A DNA stretch of 32,000 nucleotides from Candidatus Saccharimonadota bacterium (lineage in GTDB: Bacteria > Patescibacteriota > Saccharimonadia > Saccharimonadales > UBA4665), in the NCBI GenBank assembly GCA_002952755.1, contig CP025011.1, positions 210,001-242,000 of the forward strand, written 5' to 3'. This document shows, piece after piece, positions 16,573 through 24,040 of the stretch. The notes beneath the pieces are model-generated. The model worked only from the letters and a program-made list of their open reading frames with translations, did not search any database and had not been told where the DNA came from. The translations under genes and the position numbers were made by a program. Every line of letters begins with the position of its first letter. The stretch's first letter is position 1.

Positions 16573-17442
16573 ATGTGGTTTATGTATGCGCTCATCGGGG
16601 CTTTTGGTAAGTCGTATTCGGGATTTTTCCGGAAGAAAGTTGCAAAAAGCGTCAGTGGGCCAATGTATATTTGGATTGGTTATACGATCATACTGCTTGC
16701 TTTTACGCCGTTCATGATACCGCAGTTCCATGCAATCAAAGACTCCCTGTTGCGTTTTCCTTTGGTTGTCTTTGGCGCGGCTGCCTCGTATATGGTAGCT
16801 ACGCAGTTGAATCTAGAGGCGCTCAAACGCGAAGACCTATCATATACTGCTCCGCTTAATGCATTTGTGCCGCTATTCACACTCGCAATTGCTATCCCAT
16901 TTTTGAATGAGACGCCACCAAAATTCGGTCTCCTCGGCGTATTCGTTGTAGTAGTTGGTGCTTATATAGTTAGTATCAAACCTGGGCGAGTGCACTGGTA
17001 TGATCCTTTGAAGCGACTCCTGACGAGCGCGGGTGCTCAACTAAGCTTGGGAGTGGCGCTATGCTACGCGATCAACACTGTGCTCATGAAAGTATTAACA
17101 AATAATGGGTATGATGCCTTTGTTGTTTTGTACGCTACCACCCTAGTTGGATGGCTATTACTGCTGAATGTACCTGTTGCAAGGCGTAAAGAGTTCAAGC
17201 TGATCAAGGGTTCGAATAGAGTGGGCGTAATCGGTGGAGGACTAGGCTCTTTTGCGGGCAGCTTCTTCCATATTTTGGCACTCGCCAATACCTATACAAG
17301 CTATGCGACCAGCGTGCGCAGATTGGACGCGGTGATATCAGTAGTTCTGGGGTGGCGATACCTTGACGAGAAGAATATTCGAATCAAGTTGATTGGTAGT
17401 ATCGTGATGACGGTCGGTACGTTAATTATGCTGCTTTCATAA
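16573..17442 (+). CDS. EamA/DMT-superfamily transporter
   Basis: It is 289 aa with about ten hydrophobic segments in a two-halves arrangement typical of EamA proteins. Confidence 0.7.
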   Translation: MWFMYALIGAFGKSYSGFFRKKVAKSVSGPMYIWIGYTIILLAFTPFMIPQFHAIKDSLLRFPLVVFGAAASYMVATQLNLEALKREDLSYTAPLNAFVPLFTLAIAIPFLNETPPKFGLLGVFVVVVGAYIVSIKPGRVHWYDPLKRLLTSAGAQLSLGVALCYAINTVLMKVLTNNGYDAFVVLYATTLVGWLLLLNVPVARRKEFKLIKGSNRVGVIGGGLGSFAGSFFHILALANTYTSYATSVRRLDAVISVVLGWRYLDEKNIRIKLIGSIVMTVGTLIMLLS

Positions 17443-17489
17443 AAAAGACCTCCAAAGAGATCTTTCGTACTGCGGGTGTTTGGAGGGCC
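17441..17489 (-). repeat. copy A of the tRNA-Lys 3'-end/terminator-like unit; includes the terminator of the histidine phosphatase gene
   Basis: The minus strand reads GGCCCTCCAAACacccgcagtacgaaagatctctttggaggtctttttt. The hairpin is aagatctc/gaggtctt (17445-17464) with a tttg loop, followed by a T-run. Confidence 0.6.
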
Positions 17490-17526
17490 TTCGTGGAGAT
17501 TATTGGAACTAAAATTAGAAATGTAG

Positions 17527-18126
17527 CTATGAATGAAGCTGTAACTCGCGGATTTCAGCGGTTTCTAAGTGAGGCAGGCTGCGATGTGTTGAGCCATCGA
17601 CTTTCTGAAACGCAGTTTGCAAGATCTGCAGTGTGTCACCATGGGAGACAAGTAGGATACTTTTATTTTGGTATGTTTGTTCGAGCTGCCCGATTAGTGA
17701 AGTAACACGTTCAATGACTTCTTCGATTGACTCTACGCCATTGTTTTTGTGGTTTGCGTCAGTCGCATCATCATTCCAGACTAATTGGTAATTACTATGA
17801 TCAGTCTTTTCGTACGACCCAAAATTTCGTTCACGTAATGCAGTAGTAATATGAACTTCTTTGACGCTAAGTTGACTGCGAACGATTTCAGCCGTTTCTT
17901 TGGCTCGCGAGAAATCAGAGCTGAAAATGATGGTGTCGCTGTTTAAATGAGTGTTTTCAGCAGAGCTAAGTGCTTGATCGTACCCTATGTCACTAAGCGC
18001 GTAATCTGGATGAGTACCGTTTTCGGGATGGCTAATGATCAGGCCGGCTACGTTAGCCTTACTTTGTCCGTGACGCATCACATAGTAACGGTTATATAAT
18101 TTCCTTAGGTCTTGAAGGTGATTCAT
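17527..18126 (-). CDS. histidine phosphatase (phosphoglycerate mutase-like) family protein
   Basis: It has the RHG motif YVMRHGQSKANV and the distal LVSHGDTLQIL. Confidence 0.85.
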   Translation of the reverse strand: MNHLQDLRKLYNRYYVMRHGQSKANVAGLIISHPENGTHPDYALSDIGYDQALSSAENTHLNSDTIIFSSDFSRAKETAEIVRSQLSVKEVHITTALRERNFGSYEKTDHSNYQLVWNDDATDANHKNNGVESIEEVIERVTSLIGQLEQTYQNKSILLVSHGDTLQILQTAFQKVDGSTHRSLPHLETAEIRELQLHS

Positions 18127-18132
18127 GAATTG

Positions 18133-18141
18133 ATAATAACA
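18133..18141 (-). promoter_or_regulatory. extended -10 box, leaderless geometry
   Basis: The reverse complement reads tTGtTATTAT, caattc, then ATG (18126). Confidence 0.45.
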
Positions 18142-18190
18142 AGAAGACCTTCGAAATAGAGGTCTTTATAACACGTATGTTTGGAGGGCC
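18141..18190 (-). repeat. copy B of the tRNA-Lys 3'-end/terminator-like unit
   Basis: The minus strand reads GGCCCTCCAAACatacgtgttataaagacctctatttcgaaggtcttctt. The hairpin is aagacct/aggtctt (18144-18166). Confidence 0.6.
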
Positions 18191-18387
18191 GCAGTAGATG
18201 CTACCGCAACTAAACGTAAGCTTTCCAGCTTAAGTAATTAATTACTTGAATGGCGGTTTCTTCGGTACTTTGATCGTGATTAGAAATAGTGAAGTTAATT
18301 AGCAATATTACTCTATGCCAGGCTTGTTGATCTGGGCGTGGAGTATCGTGGCGGCAAAGTTTACCTACCTTATATGGAAACTAAAGT

Positions 18388-18413
18388 GAAGCTACAAGGA
18401 GAAGCTACAAGGA
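18388..18413 (+). repeat. perfect tandem duplication of gaagctacaagga, abutting the -10 box of the HAD gene
   Basis: The copies are at 18388-18400 and 18401-18413 and are identical. TATAAT follows at 18415-18420. Confidence 0.7.
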
Positions 18414-18414
18414 A

Positions 18415-18420
18415 TATAAT
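18415..18420 (+). promoter_or_regulatory. -10 box, leaderless geometry
   Basis: The sequence reads TATAAT, acaact, then ATG (18427). Confidence 0.45.
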
Positions 18421-18426
18421 ACAACT

Positions 18427-19155
18427 ATGATAAAAGCAATAATCTTCGACGCGGACGGCCCTTTGTACTATCGAAGTCCAGAAGTCCTTGAGCGACAACT
18501 TGCACTCCTAAACAAATATGGCTATCCAAATAATCTTACCAACCACCACGTAGCGCATTTGAATAAGTATGGGCACCTTGGAAACCTAAATGGGTTCAAC
18601 GCCGCATATGATCAAGAAAAATTCAAGGCATATGTTCGATCGGAATCGGTGCCAGTTATGATTCATCACATACTCCATAGTCTAGATATTAAGCTTTCAG
18701 ACCTAGACCTACAGAAATTTGCGAAAGAATTTAAAAAGCTGCATGCAGACATAACTCCGACTCGTGATGCCATCCCTACGCTCAAGCTACTGAGGTCTCA
18801 AGGATTTAAAACGTGCGTGCTTACTGATAGCTTCTACTCGACAGAAGAAAAGTGGCAATGGTTCAAAGCTGCCGGTTTAGATACTGTACTGGACTACATG
18901 GTGAGCTCATATGACATTAGGAGGCTAAAGGATGCGCGTGAAGCCTATGAAGATTGCCTGCAACTTTTACGAACAACACAAGACGAGGCAATCTTTGTAG
19001 GGCATCAGCAGTATGAGATGGACGGCGCAAAAGCGGCGAATGTAAAGGCGGTAGCTATTTTGCCAATAGCAACGCCAAACATTACGGCAGACTATACGAT
19101 TAACTCGTTATCCGAATTGCCGGACTTGCTTAGGCAACTTAATAACGCCCAGTAG
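18427..19155 (+). CDS. HAD-superfamily hydrolase
   Basis: Motif I is IIFDADGPLY (DxDG). VLTDS follows, and the distal region reads FVGHQQYEMDGAKAANV. The cap region contains an internal diverged duplication (LNKYGYPNNL / LNKYGHLGNL). Confidence 0.85.
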   Translation: MIKAIIFDADGPLYYRSPEVLERQLALLNKYGYPNNLTNHHVAHLNKYGHLGNLNGFNAAYDQEKFKAYVRSESVPVMIHHILHSLDIKLSDLDLQKFAKEFKKLHADITPTRDAIPTLKLLRSQGFKTCVLTDSFYSTEEKWQWFKAAGLDTVLDYMVSSYDIRRLKDAREAYEDCLQLLRTTQDEAIFVGHQQYEMDGAKAANVKAVAILPIATPNITADYTINSLSELPDLLRQLNNAQ

Positions 19156-19188
19156 CGCCATTTGTATCTTGTGATTAACAGAAATAAA

Positions 19189-19224
19189 GAAAGTGTTCCA
19201 AAAAATAAATCTTGAAACACTTTC
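19189..19224 (-). terminator. hairpin downstream of tRNA-Lys (and of the convergent HAD gene)
   Basis: The 9-bp stem is gaaagtgtt (19189-19197) / aacactttc (19216-19224) with an 18-nt loop. The minus strand continues tttatttc. Confidence 0.4.
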
Positions 19225-19241
19225 GTATCTATAACTATATT

Positions 19242-19318
19242 TGGAGGGCCAGGAGGGGCTCGAACCCTCGACATTCTGCTTAAGAGGCAGACGCTCTAAC
19301 CAACTGAGCTACTGGCCC
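19242..19318 (-). tRNA. tRNA-Lys (anticodon CUU), CCA encoded
   Basis: The reverse complement reads GGGCCAG-TA-GCTC-AGTTGGTTA-GAGC-G-TCTGC-CTCTTAA-GCAGA-ATGTC-GAGGG-TTCGAGC-CCCTC-CTGGCCC-T-CCA. This is a complete 77-nt cloverleaf with anticodon loop CT-CTT-AA. Confidence 0.92.
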
Positions 19319-19350
19319 GTGCCGTTCCAACAAAGGATTACAACGAAGCT

Positions 19351-19379
19351 AATATACCAAAATACCCCTGTTATTGCAA
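19351..19379 (-). promoter_or_regulatory. promoter of tRNA-Lys
   Basis: The minus strand reads TTGCAA (19374-19379), a 17-nt spacer, then TGgTATATT (-10 at 19351-19356), about 32 nt upstream of the tRNA 5' end. Confidence 0.5.
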
Positions 19380-19468
19380 GCGTAAGGTGTGTCGCTCCGG
19401 TTCACGTGCGTTATGAGAAAGGCTCCTGTACAATGAAACTTAAGATAAGCAGTAGAAGAAAGGATTCT

Positions 19469-19945
19469 ATGTTTGCCACCATTTTTGCACAGTCATATAC
19501 GACGTATACCACTACAACGACCGCATCGTCGTCCAAGATAAGCTTAGTACTCGTCCTCGCGTACCTGTTTTTCTTGGTATGTATGTTGATTTCAATGTGG
19601 AAGGTATACACCAAGGCAGGTAAGCCGGGATGGGTGGCAATCGTACCTATCTACAACACCCTTGTGTTGCTCGAAATAGTGGGCCGACCCTGGTATTGGC
19701 TCTTGTGGCTTTTCATCCCGATCGTTAATATTTACTTCTTGGCTGTTGTGTGTAACGACCTAGCGAAGGCGTTTGGAAAGGGGATGGGAATGACAGTGCT
19801 GCTCTTCCTGCTGCCATTTATTGGCTACCCAATTCTCGGTTTTGGTCCTGCAGAGTACCATGGAGGTCCGGCGAACATGGGGTGGAATCCGCCGCAGACC
19901 CCGGCAAACCCTCCAGTACCTCCGGCCCCAACCACAGGTGTTTAG
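19469..19945 (+). CDS. DUF5684-like small membrane protein with Pro-rich tail
   Basis: MWKVYTKAGKPGWVAIVPIYNTLVLLEIVGRPWYW is the signature I associate with DUF5684. I chose ATG 19469 because AAAGGA lies 7 nt upstream and TACAAT sits at 19429-19434. The track ORF start at 19241 runs across the tRNA on the other strand. Confidence 0.6.
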   Translation: MFATIFAQSYTTYTTTTTASSSKISLVLVLAYLFFLVCMLISMWKVYTKAGKPGWVAIVPIYNTLVLLEIVGRPWYWLLWLFIPIVNIYFLAVVCNDLAKAFGKGMGMTVLLFLLPFIGYPILGFGPAEYHGGPANMGWNPPQTPANPPVPPAPTTGV

Positions 19946-20082
19946 TACCTATGTATGCAACTTTTTCGGAATAAACATCACAAGTTCGATCCTTTATGGC
20001 ATGTGCAGCTAGTGCTGCTGGTCGTGGTGCTGGTAGCAGCCAGAGCGATTAGCGTACTGTAGCCTCGAAGACGATTGTTTCT

Positions 20083-21891
20083 TTATTGGCCGATAAAACC
20101 GTAGGTGTAAGGGTCATATTCCTCGGTAGTTGGGGCGGGAGTGGGGTTGGGCTTGGGGGCTGCTGGCGTTGCTGGTTGTGCAGCCACTGGTTGAGTATTG
20201 GGATCTAACCCAAGGTCAAGTATCTGGTTGATAGAATGAATAAGTACTTCGCGCGGCCGTGCGCCATCCGCAGGTCCTACAATTCCCTGTTTTTCCATTT
20301 CCTCGATGAGCCGCGCAGCCCGGCCATAGCCGATGCGTAAGCGCCGCTGCAGGAGGCTGGTGGAAGCTTTGCCGCCCAGCACCACAACTCGAATCGCCTC
20401 TTTGTAAAGTGCCTCGTCGGCAGCTTGGCTGTTTGTGTTTGGCGTATTCCAGTTTTGCGGAATGAATGAGCTTGGGTCTACGGCGGGAGCTTCTTCGGTG
20501 GGCGATTGGGTAGTGAGGAAGGAAATACTCATTTCCCGCGAGGCATAGTCTGTGAGCCATTCCCGTCCGATTTTGCCCTCCATGAGTGTACGCAGGATGC
20601 GATCGGACGCCAATTGGTCGGCTAAGCGTTTGAGCACTTCGGGATCGGCGTGCTTGAGTTTCTGCATCTTTAAAGACAGAGCGGTTGGTTGATCTGACAA
20701 GGCTGGATTATACAGTTTCCAGACGGCAATATCATCGGCAGACCAACTGCTGACAATCTCGCAATATTCCCGGTCCTCATGGGTGTCGTCGCCAATGAGG
20801 AGCCCGTAAAAATCACGCCAGCTGAGCTGCAAACTCCTGGTAACAGCAAAGATGCCTACGGGTAATCTGGCTGAGGTGCTGCCGCTGTTTTGCCGGTAAA
20901 TAGCACTATCGGTGATTAGGCGGTTAATAAAGCGAATGATGGTGCGCGGATTGTATTGGCAGACGCCGCCTATAACAGAGGAAATTGGCGCCAGATCGCG
21001 GGCGGTGCGTTTATCGCCCAGGTCGGCAATGATGTGTTTGGTGAAGTCGGCGATGCGGTTGGTGTGGGGTGGAATGTCGAATGACAGCTGGATCATCTTG
21101 TCGAGATAGGCGCTGCCGTCATAATGAGTGATGCCATACTGTTTCTGATATTTGGACTGCAAGTATTCTTCGATGACCACGCGTGAGGCACCCAGAATAA
21201 AGATAAAGCCTGGCTGCGAGAGGACCAGCTTAATACCTTCCAATAAGCGTACGGCATTTTCGGGGAAGCAGCGGTCCAGATCATCAATAAGCACCATGAT
21301 GGTAATATTTCGCGGCACGGCATTGTTGCTGATGGAACGGAATGCATCAAAAATGTTCTCGTACGGATCATCGTGGGCATAACCGTACATGCGGGTCTTG
21401 CGAAGGTGTTTGAAGGTCTCTCTAGCGGCACCAAAGCCGATCTCTGCCTCAACGTTGGCAAAACTGCCGGGCAATCCAAGCTTGCCCTTGAGCTTGAAGG
21501 CCCCTACTAATGCCTCAAGCGCGTCAATCAAGGTCTTACCGGCGTGTCCGGTTCGCAGCAGTAGATCTTCCTGTGCCTTGAGGGCTTCGGTGATGCTCTT
21601 AATGAGCGGGACGATCGGGTACTCGACCTTTTCGAACATCCAGGCGTTAAACCAGACCGGCACGACGATATGGTCTTCGGTACCTATATTTTGGACGCGT
21701 TGTTCAACCATCTTCATGAGACTGGTTTTGCCCATGCCCCATTCGCCGAAGATACCTATAGTAAACGGGCCACGCGTGCCTTCGACGATGCGGGCGATGA
21801 CGTCAGCATAGCTGGAAAATCCGAGTGCATCGGTGCGCGTGTTATCGAGTTCGGCAATGGCTTGGTCGGGGATTAGGCGGATGGGCTGCAT
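20083..21891 (-). CDS. soluble KAP-family P-loop NTPase fused to a C-terminal FtsK-gamma winged-helix domain
   Basis: Walker A is GIFGEWGMGKTSLMK (21721-21747), followed by VWFNAWMFEK. Walker B is IMVLIDDLDRCFPENAV. Residues ~492-551 (20239-20418) read DEALYKEAIRVVVLGGKASTSLLQRRLRIGYGRAARLIEEMEKQGIVGPADGARPREVLI, which closely resembles the FtsK gamma domain. A Pro-rich tail follows. Confidence 0.85.
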   Translation of the reverse strand: MQPIRLIPDQAIAELDNTRTDALGFSSYADVIARIVEGTRGPFTIGIFGEWGMGKTSLMKMVEQRVQNIGTEDHIVVPVWFNAWMFEKVEYPIVPLIKSITEALKAQEDLLLRTGHAGKTLIDALEALVGAFKLKGKLGLPGSFANVEAEIGFGAARETFKHLRKTRMYGYAHDDPYENIFDAFRSISNNAVPRNITIMVLIDDLDRCFPENAVRLLEGIKLVLSQPGFIFILGASRVVIEEYLQSKYQKQYGITHYDGSAYLDKMIQLSFDIPPHTNRIADFTKHIIADLGDKRTARDLAPISSVIGGVCQYNPRTIIRFINRLITDSAIYRQNSGSTSARLPVGIFAVTRSLQLSWRDFYGLLIGDDTHEDREYCEIVSSWSADDIAVWKLYNPALSDQPTALSLKMQKLKHADPEVLKRLADQLASDRILRTLMEGKIGREWLTDYASREMSISFLTTQSPTEEAPAVDPSSFIPQNWNTPNTNSQAADEALYKEAIRVVVLGGKASTSLLQRRLRIGYGRAARLIEEMEKQGIVGPADGARPREVLIHSINQILDLGLDPNTQPVAAQPATPAAPKPNPTPAPTTEEYDPYTYGFIGQ

Positions 21892-21897
21892 AGTGCT

Positions 21898-21903
21898 ATT
21901 TTA
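21898..21903 (-). promoter_or_regulatory. -10 box, leaderless geometry
   Basis: The reverse complement reads TAAAAT, agcact, then ATG (21891). Confidence 0.4.
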
Positions 21904-21953
21904 CGCTATCTGTCGACCGTCGGCGACAGCTCAACCAGAAACTCGTACCAATC

Positions 21954-21962
21954 TGTTACAAT
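21954..21962 (+). promoter_or_regulatory. extended -10 box, leaderless geometry
   Basis: The sequence reads cTGtTACAAT, atcacca, then ATG (21970). Confidence 0.45.
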
Positions 21963-21969
21963 ATCACCA

Positions 21970-22779
21970 ATGAAAGTGCTGAATGGCCGAGATTTGGCAG
22001 GTTATATAAAGCTGCGCCAGCAGCAGCAGGTGCGCGCGCTGCGCCAATCTTTGGGTGTGCAACCAAAATTGGCTATTGTGCTGACTATCGAGCATCCGAC
22101 CATCAATGTATATATGCGCATGAAGAGGCGCTACGGCGCCGACATTGACATTGATGTCGACATCCACCGCGTCAAACAAGACGATGCACCAGCAGTGATT
22201 GCTCAGCTCAACAAAGATGTGAGCGTACACGGCGTCATCGTGCAGTTGCCGTTGGAGCGACCTGAAGAAACCGAGACGATTGTAAATTTAGTCGCCCCCG
22301 AAAAAGATGTTGATGCTTTGGGTGAGCACGCAGTGTTTGAGCCAGCCACGCCGTTAGCAATTTTGTGGCTGCTCGCCGGCTATAACGTAGATCTAAATGG
22401 CAAAAAAGTGTTGCTAGTTGGGCGCGGTAAGCTGGTGGGCCGGCCCCTGGAGCGCATGCTTGTAGCCTCTGGCGTCGATGTTTCTAGCGCCGACCGCTCT
22501 ACCAAAGATTTAAAGGCGGAAACGCTAGTCGCCGATATCATTATTACGGCTACTGGCAACCCGGGCCTGCTTTCTTCGGACATGATCAAGCAAGGTGCAG
22601 TAGTGGTGGATGCCGGGGTGGCCGGCGAGCAAGGAAAAACAGTGGGCGACCTAGCTCCTGATGTCTATGAACGGGACGATTTGACGATTACCCCCACCAA
22701 AGGTGGTGTGGGCCCGCTTACGGTGTGCGCTCTCTTCGAAAACGTCATTCGCGCCGCCCGGCAATCGTCCGGGCAGTAA
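21970..22779 (+). CDS. folD: bifunctional methylenetetrahydrofolate dehydrogenase/cyclohydrolase
   Basis: It has LNGRDLAGYIK ... GVIVQLPL ... TPLAILWLL ... LVGRGKLVGRPL ... TATGNPGLL ... GGVGPLTVCALFENV. Confidence 0.9.
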   Translation: MKVLNGRDLAGYIKLRQQQQVRALRQSLGVQPKLAIVLTIEHPTINVYMRMKRRYGADIDIDVDIHRVKQDDAPAVIAQLNKDVSVHGVIVQLPLERPEETETIVNLVAPEKDVDALGEHAVFEPATPLAILWLLAGYNVDLNGKKVLLVGRGKLVGRPLERMLVASGVDVSSADRSTKDLKAETLVADIIITATGNPGLLSSDMIKQGAVVVDAGVAGEQGKTVGDLAPDVYERDDLTITPTKGGVGPLTVCALFENVIRAARQSSGQ

Positions 22780-23042
22780 GGACAGCCCTGTATAGTGCAA
22801 GCCTCGTATGACTGGCAGGGGGCTTACTATGGAATTCATCTCTGCTCCCTAGTCTGCCAGTATATAAGGAGGAATCATCCCTCTCTAGCCTAGGCGGCAA
22901 TTAGTATCTTCATACTATGCGTGATTGCGTTACTGCAAGTCGCTGTTGCTATGTGGGCCCAGACTATCACACTAAAATGCTTGTAAGTTCGGCGAGCCAT
23001 TGCTAGTATCGCGATCGTAACCTAAAAACGAAAGGCAAGGAG

Positions 23043-24020
23043 ATGTACCGAATGACCACCCAACTACTAACCGTTAGCCGCTTTGCAACTACCGCTGTAA
23101 CGACCGCCCTACTTTTGAGTGCCACGCCACCACTCTGTACGATTGTATCGGCCGCCGATATGCCCTATACCGATCACTCCAGCCAAGTCAGTTCCCGCGA
23201 GGTGGTCGATACACTTCGTCATACCTCAGGGATTTTGCAGGCTTCGGCTACAGCCAATATGGTTGATGATCGATCGGTAGTTACCGCAAACACCGCAGAA
23301 GATACGGTTGATATTCCCAAAGATGCCACACAGGGAGTTTCGGTCACGCCTAAAGACGGGCCAGACATGGGCATCAGCCTGCCAAACGCTGACCAAGCCG
23401 GCAGCGGACAGGAGGTTGCACCCGGCGTGATAGCTTACTCTTCTTCTGACGGTTCAGCCAATGCAGTGCAGGCTAATACCGATGGCAGTGTCAGAATGCT
23501 CACAGTGATAGATAACGCCAAAGCATCGCGAACGTATGACTACAAGATCACCGTTCCGGACGGCGGCCGTGTGGCACTTACATCCGACGGCGGGGCTGTT
23601 ATCCTGGACGTTGGCAATAATGTGCTAGCGCACGTGAATGCACCCTGGGCCAAAGATGCCCGCGGGAAGGCCGTTAAAACATGGTTCACTACTGACGGTG
23701 TTACGCTGACACAGCATGTCAAACATACTGTGCGTGGCATTGCGTATCCAGTTATAGCTGATCCATATTTCGATTGGCATTGGTATGGTGTAAATATTTA
23801 TATCGAACAGCCTGTCGTTAATCGAATGCTCGCTTTAATGTCCTCTGGCAGTGGAGCTATGGGCTTGGGGGCGGCAATTACGGGAGGTGCAGGCACACCT
23901 GCTGCTGCCGTTGGAGCTGCAGCGCTCGCGATTGGAAGTGGGGCGATGAGCTGGTGCTCGGCGCATGGGAACGGTATGTGGATTCATATGCATCTTGGTG
24001 TATCGTGGTGTAATGGATAA
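23043..24020 (+). CDS. secreted protein of unknown function with a C-terminal Gly/Ala-rich hydrophobic segment and a Cys pair
   Basis: AAGGAG lies 2 nt upstream of the ATG (unusually close spacing). The signal-like N-terminus reads FATTAVTTALLLSATPPLCTIVSAAD. The C-terminus reads SGSGAMGLGAAITGGAGTPAAAVGAAALAIGSGAMSWCSAHGNGMWIHMHLGVSWCNG. Confidence 0.6.
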   Translation: MYRMTTQLLTVSRFATTAVTTALLLSATPPLCTIVSAADMPYTDHSSQVSSREVVDTLRHTSGILQASATANMVDDRSVVTANTAEDTVDIPKDATQGVSVTPKDGPDMGISLPNADQAGSGQEVAPGVIAYSSSDGSANAVQANTDGSVRMLTVIDNAKASRTYDYKITVPDGGRVALTSDGGAVILDVGNNVLAHVNAPWAKDARGKAVKTWFTTDGVTLTQHVKHTVRGIAYPVIADPYFDWHWYGVNIYIEQPVVNRMLALMSSGSGAMGLGAAITGGAGTPAAAVGAAALAIGSGAMSWCSAHGNGMWIHMHLGVSWCNG

Positions 24021-24040
24021 AGATAGGCAGAAAGAAGAAT

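Noticed and set aside
19241-19468. N-terminal 76 codons of the track ORF 19241..19945
   Set aside because: The extension starts at TTG and reads straight across tRNA-Lys on the opposite strand (MEGQEGLEPSTF... is the antisense of the tRNA). An SD sequence and a -10 box support the ATG at 19469.
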